Shown in pieces: positions 38,757 to 46,345 of a DNA stretch of 64,000 bases. A program made the position numbers and the translations under genes. Below the pieces are notes generated by a model. The model was not told the origin of the DNA, searched no databases, and worked only from the letters and a program-made list of their open reading frames with translations. This stretch comes from a virus. The stretch covers positions 54,418-118,417 of IMG/VR virus record IMGVR_UViG_3300021963_007890; one strand, given 5' to 3'. Each line of letters begins with the position of its first letter. Positions within the stretch are counted from its first letter, which is position 1.

Positions 38757-39040
38757 GATCACGACTACAAATATACACAGGTAAAGATGTCAAAGACCCC
38801 GCTTACATAGTGGGAGAACGTGCCGCATTGAAAGAACTAGCACAGGCTCTAATACAGGCAGCAGACAGCCCCGCAGGTTTTCAAACGGTGAACCTATACA
38901 AGGGCAACGGACACGACTATGAAATCTTTGTTACTAAAAACGTCAAAGAAGCAGAATGGCAGGACATGCCACAACAACCTGATAAACTGGACTTTATATC
39001 CGAGTACGATAGTTTGAAGAAAAGTCTTCAGAAACTGTAA
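38753..39040 (+). CDS. Hypothetical protein
   Basis: ATGA-coupled to the DnaE-like gene. Confidence 0.7.
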   Translation: MRSRLQIYTGKDVKDPAYIVGERAALKELAQALIQAADSPAGFQTVNLYKGNGHDYEIFVTKNVKEAEWQDMPQQPDKLDFISEYDSLKKSLQKL

Positions 39041-39052
39041 TAATTCTGTAAT
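39035..39052 (+). promoter_or_regulatory. Pho box upstream of phoX-pstS
   Basis: CTGTAAT-AATT-CTGTAAT, an 11-bp-period direct repeat matching the PhoB consensus CTGTCAT-N4-CTGTCAC. Confidence 0.8.
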
Positions 39053-39111
39053 TATTATATGCTAATATAAATGTAAATATTAGCAACAATCATTTACATA
39101 GGAGAAAGCAG

Positions 39112-41325
39112 ATGATTACAGAGACTGAGAATACGTCTAACAATTCACATATCAGTGATGTGATTAAAGAGATGTTAGGCAACCCAAATCGCCGAAGTTT
39201 CCTAAAAGGAAGTTCGGCTTTTTTAACGGCGGCAACAGGTGCCACATTGGCAGGTTGTGCCAGTGGTGACGATGATTTTTTTACTCGTCCTACGGCCTTA
39301 ACTTTTGAAGCAGTTCCTAAGAACACTTTAGATAAGGTCACACTACCCCCAGGTTATCAATTCACAGTGCTACACGGCACTGGTGATAGACTAGTAAGTA
39401 GTATTCCTGCTTATTCAAACAAAGGTACAGAAACCGATGACTGGAGCCAGCGAGTAGGCGATCATCACGATGGTATTGAATTATTTCACTTAGACAGTGC
39501 TGGCAAATATACTAAAAATATGACTGATCGTGCTCTACTATGTATGAACCATGAAAGTTCAGCAGACGCACATTTCTTTCATCCTAACGGACAGACCAGT
39601 AATGGCGTCAGTGGAAAGAAATATGATCAATTCGGTCAATGGGACCTAGGCACACGCCCAGGATTAGAAGCACTTAAAGAAATCAATCATCACGGTGTTA
39701 GTATTGTAGAGATCAACCGAGGCAGCACTGGCTGGACCTACAAGTTAGATAGTGCCTTCAATCGTAGAATAAACCCACAAACTGTTTGTCGTGTGGCAGG
39801 ACCAGCAGCAGAGTTAGCCAATATTAAAGCATTATTAGCAACTAAGTTTGATACCACTGGTGCTACTGCTCGTGGAACCCTAAACAACTGCGGCACAGGA
39901 TATACTCCTTGGGGCACATTCTTAACCTGTGAAGAAAACTGGGCTACCTATTTTGCCATGCCCAAAGGAAGTCAAGCACCAGACGCTCGTATGACACAGA
40001 CCAGAGCAAGATATGGTGTTCGTAACTCAGCAACTGCTGCCACTGCTACAACAGCAAACACACAGGGATGGCATACTGTAACCGATCAACCAGATACAGC
40101 ATTTAGATTTAGTCGTTGGGATGTCAGCATCAAAGGTGCTACAGAGCGTGACGACTTCCGTAACGAACCACAGACCTTCGGATATATTGTTGAGATTGAT
40201 CCTACCCAGCCAAACAGTCAACCTGTTAAACGAGTGGCCATGGGAAGGACCGCTCACGAGGCCTGTGTGTTCGGCAAATTGGAAGCAGGCAAGCCAGTGA
40301 CATTTTATATGGGTTGTGACAGTCGCAATGAGTACATTTACAAATGGGTAAGTACAAAAACTTGGGATCCTGCTGATTTCGGTGGCGGCACTGCTGCTGG
40401 CGACAAGTATCTCAATGATGGTAAATTGTATGTGGCCAAGTTTGCTGCTGATGGCACAGGTATGTGGTTAGAACTCTCAATCACTAATCCTGCTATTGCT
40501 AACTATGCTACATTTAAGTTTAACAATCAAGCAGAAATTTATGTGTTCACAAGATTGGCGGCTGATGCTGTAGGTGCTACAAAAATGGATCGTCCTGAGT
40601 GGGGTGCTGTGAATCCTGCCAATGGCGAGATTTATTTCGCACTGACAAATAATAGTGCGGCAAATCGTACCCCAAATACCACTGACGCAGCCAACCCAAG
40701 AAGTTATGCTGATCCAGATGGAAAAATGGGTTCAGGCAATCCTAACGGACATATTATTCGTTTTAAGGAAAGTTCAACAGGACTAACATTCCAGTTTGAT
40801 ATTTTCTTATTCGGTTCTGAAGAAGATAACGCTGCCAGTAACATCAGTAAACTTACTGCTAAAAACTCATTCAGTAGCCCAGATGGTTTATGGTTCAGCA
40901 AGGCCACTGGTCTATGCTGGATTCAAACCGATGACGGTGCTTACACAGATGAAGTTCATTGTATGCTATTGGTTGCAATTCCAGGACAAGTTGGTGATGG
41001 TAAGGCTGTAACAATTACCAATACCCTAAGTGGTGCTACTAAAGATCAGGCAACATTTGTCGGTGCCGAATTAGGTGAAACAAAGTTGCGTAGATTCTTA
41101 ACAGGTCCAGCAGGTTGTGAAATAACCGGTATTGCTGAATCCGCAGATGGTAGAACTATATTTGTCAATGTTCAACATCCTGGCGAAAATACCACAGCAG
41201 CATTTTGGACAGGCACAGCACCTGAAAGCCAATGGCCTGGTAACGCAGGTTATGGTGTAACAGGTCGTCCTCGTTCTGCTACCTTGGTAATCACAAAGGT
41301 TGACGGCGGACTAATAGGTGTATAA
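39112..41325 (+). CDS. phoX: PhoX-family alkaline phosphatase (Tat-exported lipoprotein)
   Basis: RRSFLK Tat motif, LAGC lipobox, NHE, NNCG, TPWGTFLTCEEN, MDRPE, PDGL and NVQHPGE. Confidence 0.93.
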   Translation: MITETENTSNNSHISDVIKEMLGNPNRRSFLKGSSAFLTAATGATLAGCASGDDDFFTRPTALTFEAVPKNTLDKVTLPPGYQFTVLHGTGDRLVSSIPAYSNKGTETDDWSQRVGDHHDGIELFHLDSAGKYTKNMTDRALLCMNHESSADAHFFHPNGQTSNGVSGKKYDQFGQWDLGTRPGLEALKEINHHGVSIVEINRGSTGWTYKLDSAFNRRINPQTVCRVAGPAAELANIKALLATKFDTTGATARGTLNNCGTGYTPWGTFLTCEENWATYFAMPKGSQAPDARMTQTRARYGVRNSATAATATTANTQGWHTVTDQPDTAFRFSRWDVSIKGATERDDFRNEPQTFGYIVEIDPTQPNSQPVKRVAMGRTAHEACVFGKLEAGKPVTFYMGCDSRNEYIYKWVSTKTWDPADFGGGTAAGDKYLNDGKLYVAKFAADGTGMWLELSITNPAIANYATFKFNNQAEIYVFTRLAADAVGATKMDRPEWGAVNPANGEIYFALTNNSAANRTPNTTDAANPRSYADPDGKMGSGNPNGHIIRFKESSTGLTFQFDIFLFGSEEDNAASNISKLTAKNSFSSPDGLWFSKATGLCWIQTDDGAYTDEVHCMLLVAIPGQVGDGKAVTITNTLSGATKDQATFVGAELGETKLRRFLTGPAGCEITGIAESADGRTIFVNVQHPGENTTAAFWTGTAPESQWPGNAGYGVTGRPRSATLVITKVDGGLIGV

Positions 41326-41329
41326 AATA

Positions 41330-41351
41330 GTAGGGGACTCTGGTCCCCTAC
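41330..41351 (+). terminator. Hairpin between phoX and pstS
   Basis: gtaggggac-tctg-gtcccctac; no U-tract, so it may be a stabilising stem. Confidence 0.5.
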
Positions 41352-41375
41352 TCTAACACACATAAGGAAAATTTA

Positions 41376-42383
41376 ATGAAACGACTAATCGCAGCCGTTG
41401 CGACTGCTCTATTCGCAACGATCACACAAGCAGCGGAAATCACAGGGGCCGGTGCTACATTTCCCTATCCTATCTACGCCAAATGGGCCGAAGCATATAA
41501 TAAGGCCACTGGTAATACACTAAACTATCAAAGTATTGGCAGTTCAGGTGGTATCCGTCAAATCAATAATAAGACAGTCTCATTCGGTGCTACAGACGCA
41601 CCAGTAAAAGGAGAAGACCTTGAAAAACTTGGACAAGTTCAATTCCCTGCTATCATTGGTGGCACGGTGCCTGTGGTTAATCTTGAAGGGTTTAAGCCAG
41701 GTGAACTTCGCATCACAGGACCTGTGCTTGCCGAAGTGTTTATGGGCGACATCACTAAGTGGAACGACCCCAAACTACAAGCACTAAATCCAGGTAAAAA
41801 ACTACCCGACCAAAATATCACAGTGGTTCATCGTGCTGATGGCTCGGGAACAACATTTAACTGGACTGATTATTTGACAGAAGTCAGTGCTGCGTGGAAG
41901 GACAGAGTAGGCAAGGGTGCTGCTGTAAAGTGGCCTGCTGCCAGTTCAGTTGGTGGCAAAGGCAATGAAGGTGTCGCCGCCAATGTGAATAGAGTAAAAG
42001 GTAGTATTGGTTATGTTGAATACGCCTATGTTAAAAAGAACAATATGAATTATATGTTGTTACAGAACCGAGCCGGCGTCTTTGTTGCCCCTGATGACAC
42101 AACTTTCGCAGCAGCCGCAGCGGGAGCAGATTGGTTCTCAGTTCCAGGAATGGGCCTGAGTATTGTAAATCAACCAGGCAAAGACACTTGGCCTGTTACC
42201 ACAGCAAGTTTTATCATAATGTATCGAGAACCTGCTGATAAAAAGGCCAGTCAAGAAGTAATCAAATTCTTTGATTGGGCATTTAAGAACGGTAAGAAAC
42301 TTAGTGAAGAACTTGACTATGTTCACTTACCTGATAAGTTACAGGCTGATATCAGAACAAGAGTTTGGTCACAGATAAAATGA
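41376..42383 (+). CDS. pstS: Phosphate ABC transporter substrate-binding protein
   Basis: GAGATFPYP, YQSIGSSGG, HRADGSGTT, GKGNEGV and IGYVEY. Confidence 0.97.
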   Translation: MKRLIAAVATALFATITQAAEITGAGATFPYPIYAKWAEAYNKATGNTLNYQSIGSSGGIRQINNKTVSFGATDAPVKGEDLEKLGQVQFPAIIGGTVPVVNLEGFKPGELRITGPVLAEVFMGDITKWNDPKLQALNPGKKLPDQNITVVHRADGSGTTFNWTDYLTEVSAAWKDRVGKGAAVKWPAASSVGGKGNEGVAANVNRVKGSIGYVEYAYVKKNNMNYMLLQNRAGVFVAPDDTTFAAAAAGADWFSVPGMGLSIVNQPGKDTWPVTTASFIIMYREPADKKASQEVIKFFDWAFKNGKKLSEELDYVHLPDKLQADIRTRVWSQIK

Positions 42384-42401
42384 TTGTAATAATTCTGTAA
42401 A
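42384..42401 (+). promoter_or_regulatory. Pho box
   Basis: TTGTAAT-AATT-CTGTAAA, nearly identical to the box at 39035. Confidence 0.7.
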
Positions 42402-42476
42402 AATAAAATACGCATTTAATTGTAAATAAGGGAGGAAGGTCACACGCCTTCCTCTCATAGCATAAGGAGACACAAA

Positions 42477-42716
42477 ATGAAACTTGAGATGCGTGCCTGG
42501 GACTTAGATGTAAAGGTTGAGTTAGAAGATGATGAAAGTTTAGATCCTCTAGAAGTTTTTACTACTGTAAAAACATTGTTAGAAACTCTAGTAAAATATG
42601 AAAAAGTTAGCGTAAGTGTTCAACAAATTGTTGATCCAGAAGACGATAATGACGAAGATGATGAAGAAGACGATGAGCAACACGAAGAAGTTAATCATCT
42701 AAGTGTTGTAGCCTAA
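42477..42716 (+). CDS. Small highly acidic protein
   Basis: 79 aa with a poly-D/E tail; AAGGAG RBS. Confidence 0.75.
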   Translation: MKLEMRAWDLDVKVELEDDESLDPLEVFTTVKTLLETLVKYEKVSVSVQQIVDPEDDNDEDDEEDDEQHEEVNHLSVVA

Positions 42717-42720
42717 CAAA

Positions 42721-42762
42721 ACGACCGCAAGATAGAGTGGTGCTGGATGCTCGTAACCAGCA
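42721..42762 (+). ncRNA. Structured RNA motif, probably the COG2908 RNA motif (assigned by context)
   Basis: Hairpins accgc/gtggt and tgctgg/ccagca; gagt can alternatively pair with loop gctc. Followed by a terminator and a COG2908-family gene. Confidence 0.5.
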
Positions 42763-42787
42763 ATAGGGCCTACAAGGCCCTATTTTT
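42762..42787 (+). terminator. Intrinsic terminator
   Basis: aatagggcc-taca-aggccctattttt. Confidence 0.8.
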
Positions 42788-42795
42788 GTCTGATA

Positions 42796-42813
42796 GTTTA
42801 ATAATACTGTAAT
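42796..42813 (+). promoter_or_regulatory. Pho box upstream of the plcP-like gene
   Basis: GTTTAAT-AATA-CTGTAAT. Confidence 0.55.
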
Positions 42814-42845
42814 ATTTTTTTTGCGGTAACGCAGTAAATATTATT

Positions 42846-43619
42846 ATGGAATACCAAACCATATTCATATCAGACATACACCTTGGGTCAAAGGGTTGTA
42901 AAGCAGATGTGTTGAACAATTTTCTCAAGCACAATTCTGCTAAAAAATTATATCTTGTCGGTGACATTATAGATGGTTGGAAAATACAACAGAACAAATG
43001 GCGTTGGAATCAAAGTCATTCAAATGTAGTGCGTAGAATATTAGGACATGCTAAACGAGGCACTGAAGTAATCTATGTGGCAGGTAATCACGATGAGTTT
43101 CTTAGACCAATGATTCCCTATAATATCACACTTGGCCGTGTGTTGGTCTGTAATCAAGCAGAGCACATGGGTGTAGATGGTTGTAGATATTTGGTAACTC
43201 ACGGAGATCTATTTGATGGCATAGCAAGACTGACACCTTGGATCAGTTTTTTAGGGGACAAGGCCTATGACATTTTACTCATATTCAATACCGCCTTCAA
43301 TCGCTGGCGTCGTAGATTTGGATTCGGCTATTGGAGTCTTAGCCAATATCTTAAACAACGTGTCAAACGGGCTGTGGATTTTGTTTTTCATTTTGAGCGT
43401 AATCTCAGTGACTATTGCCGTAAGCGTGGTTTTGACGGAGTCATCTGCGGACACATACACAAAGCAGAAATCAAAGAAATAAATGGTGTTGTATATATGA
43501 ATGATGGTGACTGGGTGGAATCATGTTCCGCCTTAGTTGAGCATTTAGATGGCCGTTGGGAGATCATCTACTGGACTCGAGACCGAGATGACCTGGATCT
43601 TATTCCTCATAGTGGTTAA
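42846..43619 (+). CDS. COG2908 metallophosphoesterase (PlcP-like phospholipase C / LpxH-like)
   Basis: FISDIHLG, LVGDIIDGW, GNHD, HGDLFD, CGHIH and YMNDGDWVESCSALVE. Confidence 0.85.
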   Translation: MEYQTIFISDIHLGSKGCKADVLNNFLKHNSAKKLYLVGDIIDGWKIQQNKWRWNQSHSNVVRRILGHAKRGTEVIYVAGNHDEFLRPMIPYNITLGRVLVCNQAEHMGVDGCRYLVTHGDLFDGIARLTPWISFLGDKAYDILLIFNTAFNRWRRRFGFGYWSLSQYLKQRVKRAVDFVFHFERNLSDYCRKRGFDGVICGHIHKAEIKEINGVVYMNDGDWVESCSALVEHLDGRWEIIYWTRDRDDLDLIPHSG

Positions 43620-43794
43620 TATCTATGACGCTACAGATATACCTGGGCGTATACAATTAGAATTTCGTGATCAGGCCAGTTGCGAACAGGCACTTAAAAA
43701 CATGAACTACTGGGTCAAGTTTCCCTGGTTTCGAGTGGAGGGCAGATGTGAAAAAAATATTGATCATAACAGACAACCTACCAGATCAAATTAA
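43588..43794 (+). CDS. Small hypothetical protein
   Basis: MTWILFLIVV..., two Cys; overlaps both neighbours. Confidence 0.55.
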   Translation: MTWILFLIVVNIYDATDIPGRIQLEFRDQASCEQALKNMNYWVKFPWFRVEGRCEKNIDHNRQPTRSN

Positions 43795-44752
43795 TGGCGT
43801 CGTTACAACATATTCGAATATTGAGGCGTGTGCGCTTCGTGACAGTTATCAGTTTGTTTATATTACTCCCGGGGACTTCAGCCATGTTGATTGCCCTATC
43901 TATAACGAAGTCAAACTTGCCCTTCCGAGGAAGATGGGCGAGAAGATTGAGGAGATCGGTGCGGATTATTACCATATCGCCACGGAGGGTCCTGTGGGTC
44001 TGTGGGCTCGAAAATATCTTACAAAACATCATATTAGGTATAATACTGCTTATCACACTAAGTTCCCTGAAGGACTATATACCCTTCTTGGCATTCCTGA
44101 ATCAATAACTTGGCGTTACATAAAGTGGTTCCATAAACATACAGGTCGAGTATTGACCACTACAGAATCAATGGTCCGTCAATTAGAGAGCAAAGGACTG
44201 CGTGGTAATATCATACCATGGACTCGTGGTGTAGATAGATCCCTGTTTCGTCCTGAACTAAGAACAAAACGAGCAGGAGAAGTTGTATTGGTCTGTGTCA
44301 GTCGTGTTAGCAAAGAAAAGAATTTGGATGATTTTTGTTCTTTAGATTATTTCGGTGCTCGTAAGATCATGGTGGGAGATGGTCCTTATAGGACGGAATT
44401 AGAATCTAAATACCCCAATGTTGAATTTGTTGGCTTTAAGCGTGGTGAAGAATTAGCCACTTACTATGCCAACGCTGATGTATTTGTGTTTCCTTCACGC
44501 TGGGAAACATTTGGCATTGTCATGATAGAAGCCATGGCCTGTGGCACACCGGTGGCAGCATATCCTGTCCAAGGACCACAGGATGTTGTTGATCATGGAC
44601 GAACAGGATATTTGAGAGATAATCTCAAACAGGCCATAACAGAATGCTTGATATTAAATAGAAACGATGTTATACTTGGTAGTCAAAGGTGGTCATGGAA
44701 TGCTGCCTGGACGATATTTCGTGACAATCTAATAGAGGCATATAATGAGTGA
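43748..44752 (+). CDS. GT4 glycosyltransferase (Agt-like glycolipid synthase)
   Basis: ITD..PDQINGVVTT, HIATEGPVG, AYHTKFPE and FPSRWETFGIVMIEAMACGTPVAAYP. Confidence 0.85.
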   Translation: MKKILIITDNLPDQINGVVTTYSNIEACALRDSYQFVYITPGDFSHVDCPIYNEVKLALPRKMGEKIEEIGADYYHIATEGPVGLWARKYLTKHHIRYNTAYHTKFPEGLYTLLGIPESITWRYIKWFHKHTGRVLTTTESMVRQLESKGLRGNIIPWTRGVDRSLFRPELRTKRAGEVVLVCVSRVSKEKNLDDFCSLDYFGARKIMVGDGPYRTELESKYPNVEFVGFKRGEELATYYANADVFVFPSRWETFGIVMIEAMACGTPVAAYPVQGPQDVVDHGRTGYLRDNLKQAITECLILNRNDVILGSQRWSWNAAWTIFRDNLIEAYNE

Positions 44753-44960
44753 ATCAACCGGCGGATTTTTAGGTGTATTCGAGCAAAGAGTTAATCAACT
44801 TAGGAAAAGACTTAAGGATGAGTTAGACAAAGACAAACTCATCCGCTGCCGTAGGACTCTTAAAAAGATAATAAAAGAAATAAAAGAATGGGAAGATGTT
44901 CTACATCAACATCGTAAGGACACCAAACGCTGTCCGCATTGTGGGGAGAAGTTAGAATGA
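44745..44960 (+). CDS. Small protein with C-terminal CPHCG
   Basis: 71 aa. Confidence 0.65.
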   Translation: MSESTGGFLGVFEQRVNQLRKRLKDELDKDKLIRCRRTLKKIIKEIKEWEDVLHQHRKDTKRCPHCGEKLE

Positions 44961-45058
44961 CTACAGAATTATGGTTATTTGTCTTAGCAGTATTTGCCAT
45001 TACCGCCGCCATAGTAGTGCCTAACATAATTGTATGGCGGCATAGGCGAAAAGACTAA
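44957..45058 (+). CDS. Small single-TM peptide (33 aa)
   Basis: Manually translated: MTTELWLFVLAVFAITAAIVVPNIIVWRHRRKD; ATGA overlap. Confidence 0.5.
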   Translation: MTTELWLFVLAVFAITAAIVVPNIIVWRHRRKD

Positions 45059-45222
45059 CTCATTCCTAATGCTAGAATAACAGCAACAACTAATATAAAA
45101 AATACAATAAACCCTGACCTGTCCTTGTGACCACCATGGACAGGATCTATGTCTTTAAAGTCAGGCCTAGTTGTATTTTTCTTTTGTGCTGCTATCAGCG
45201 TCTGAAGTAGAACTGGTTTCAT
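45055..45222 (-). CDS. Small C-terminally anchored peptide (55 aa)
   Basis: Manually translated: MKPVLLQ...FIVFFILVVAVILALGMS; AAGGA upstream. Confidence 0.45.
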   Translation of the reverse strand: MKPVLLQTLIAAQKKNTTRPDFKDIDPVHGGHKDRSGFIVFFILVVAVILALGMS

Positions 45223-45895
45223 TTTTTGATTTCCTTATGCGTGTTCTATAATATTGTTTAAAAGTCAATACAACTGCTAAAACCCACGGTAGTCCCATTT
45301 CGGACCAATCATGAAGTGGATCTATATACTTATCGACAAATGGCTCTGCTACAATCATCTTAAAGGCCACAGCATATAAAACAAATGCGCCTATAAAGAT
45401 TGTGTCAGGATGACGTTCCATAATACGTGCTACTATTGTGCTACCAAACAAGATAATAGGAACACTGACAAGAAGTCCAAATATAATTAAAATCCAATTA
45501 CCACCAGCAGCACCAGCAATGGCTAGAGCATTATCTAGGCCCATTACAGCATCTGCTAGAACAATAGTTGCCATAGCACCCCAAAATGTATCCGAAGCCT
45601 TAACATCGCTGTGATCATCATTTCCTGTTGTAAGACGCCAGGCGATCCATATAAGCATAAGACCTCCTACAAACCTAAGACCGGGAATCATCAACAAATA
45701 TGTTAGTGCTGCCACACAGGCGAACCTCACTGCCACAGCACCAAATGTTCCCCATATCATGGCTCGCTTTCTTAAATTTTCAGGCAACTTATTAGCGGCC
45801 ATAGCAATAACTAAGGCGTTCTCACCGCCTAATACTACATCAATTAAAATGATAGCCAATAAGGCCCATAAGAATTCAAATGTTAAGATTTCCAT
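45167..45895 (-). CDS. TerC/YjbE-family membrane protein
   Basis: IILIDVVLGGENALVIAMA and IVLADAVMGLDNALAIAGAA. Confidence 0.9.
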   Translation of the reverse strand: MEILTFEFLWALLAIILIDVVLGGENALVIAMAANKLPENLRKRAMIWGTFGAVAVRFACVAALTYLLMIPGLRFVGGLMLIWIAWRLTTGNDDHSDVKASDTFWGAMATIVLADAVMGLDNALAIAGAAGGNWILIIFGLLVSVPIILFGSTIVARIMERHPDTIFIGAFVLYAVAFKMIVAEPFVDKYIDPLHDWSEMGLPWVLAVVLTFKQYYRTRIRKSKNETSSTSDADSSTKEKYN

Positions 45896-45926
45896 AAATT
45901 GTCCTGTACAAAATCATTTTATTTAA

Positions 45927-45953
45927 TAAAAAAAGGGCCCTAAGGCCCTTTTA
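45927..45953. terminator. Intrinsic terminator for the leftward gene (bidirectional form)
   Basis: A-run, then gggcc-ctaa-ggccc-tttt. Confidence 0.75.
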
Positions 45954-45970
45954 GTTTGAACTGGATCTAA

Positions 45971-46240
45971 TTACAGACCAAGTTGTAGAGCACGATAACC
46001 AGCAGCAATCAAACGACGGCTGGGTTGGCCCATAACATATTCAGTGACCTGAACGCCATTGCCTGCTTTGCGGCTATTGGCATATACAGCGAAACCAGCC
46101 TGACGGATACGACTTGCTTCTGCTGAAATGTTCTTGATGCCAAAACGCTTTTCTGCCTGCGCAGAAGTTAATTTCTCACCTGACTTAAGTGCGGTGAAAA
46201 GTTTATGGGTCTTTGTGCCTTCATTGATAGAATATAACAT
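45971..46240 (-). CDS. Small winged-HTH-like phage protein
   Basis: GAGG RBS; LTSAQAEKRFGIKNISAEASRIRQAGFAVY. Confidence 0.7.
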   Translation of the reverse strand: MLYSINEGTKTHKLFTALKSGEKLTSAQAEKRFGIKNISAEASRIRQAGFAVYANSRKAGNGVQVTEYVMGQPSRRLIAAGYRALQLGL

Positions 46241-46286
46241 ATTATTTCCTCTTGAATATTTACACTGCTTTTTAGCAGTTAGACCT

Positions 46287-46315
46287 ATAATAGCGTAATA
46301 ATTTAACAAGGTCAA
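46287..46315 (-). promoter_or_regulatory. Sigma70-type promoter
   Basis: Minus strand TTGACC-17 nt-TATTAT. Confidence 0.7.
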
Positions 46316-46345
46316 GATCTTTTTTCGCCAAATAAATAAACTATT

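Noticed and set aside
21952-45895. Host chromosomal contamination (dnaK, pstS, phoX, terC, cytochrome c)
   Set aside because: These genes are interleaved with phage genes, share the TAAATA promoter motif and AT-rich codon style, and lack their usual bacterial operon partners (dnaJ/grpE, pstCAB).
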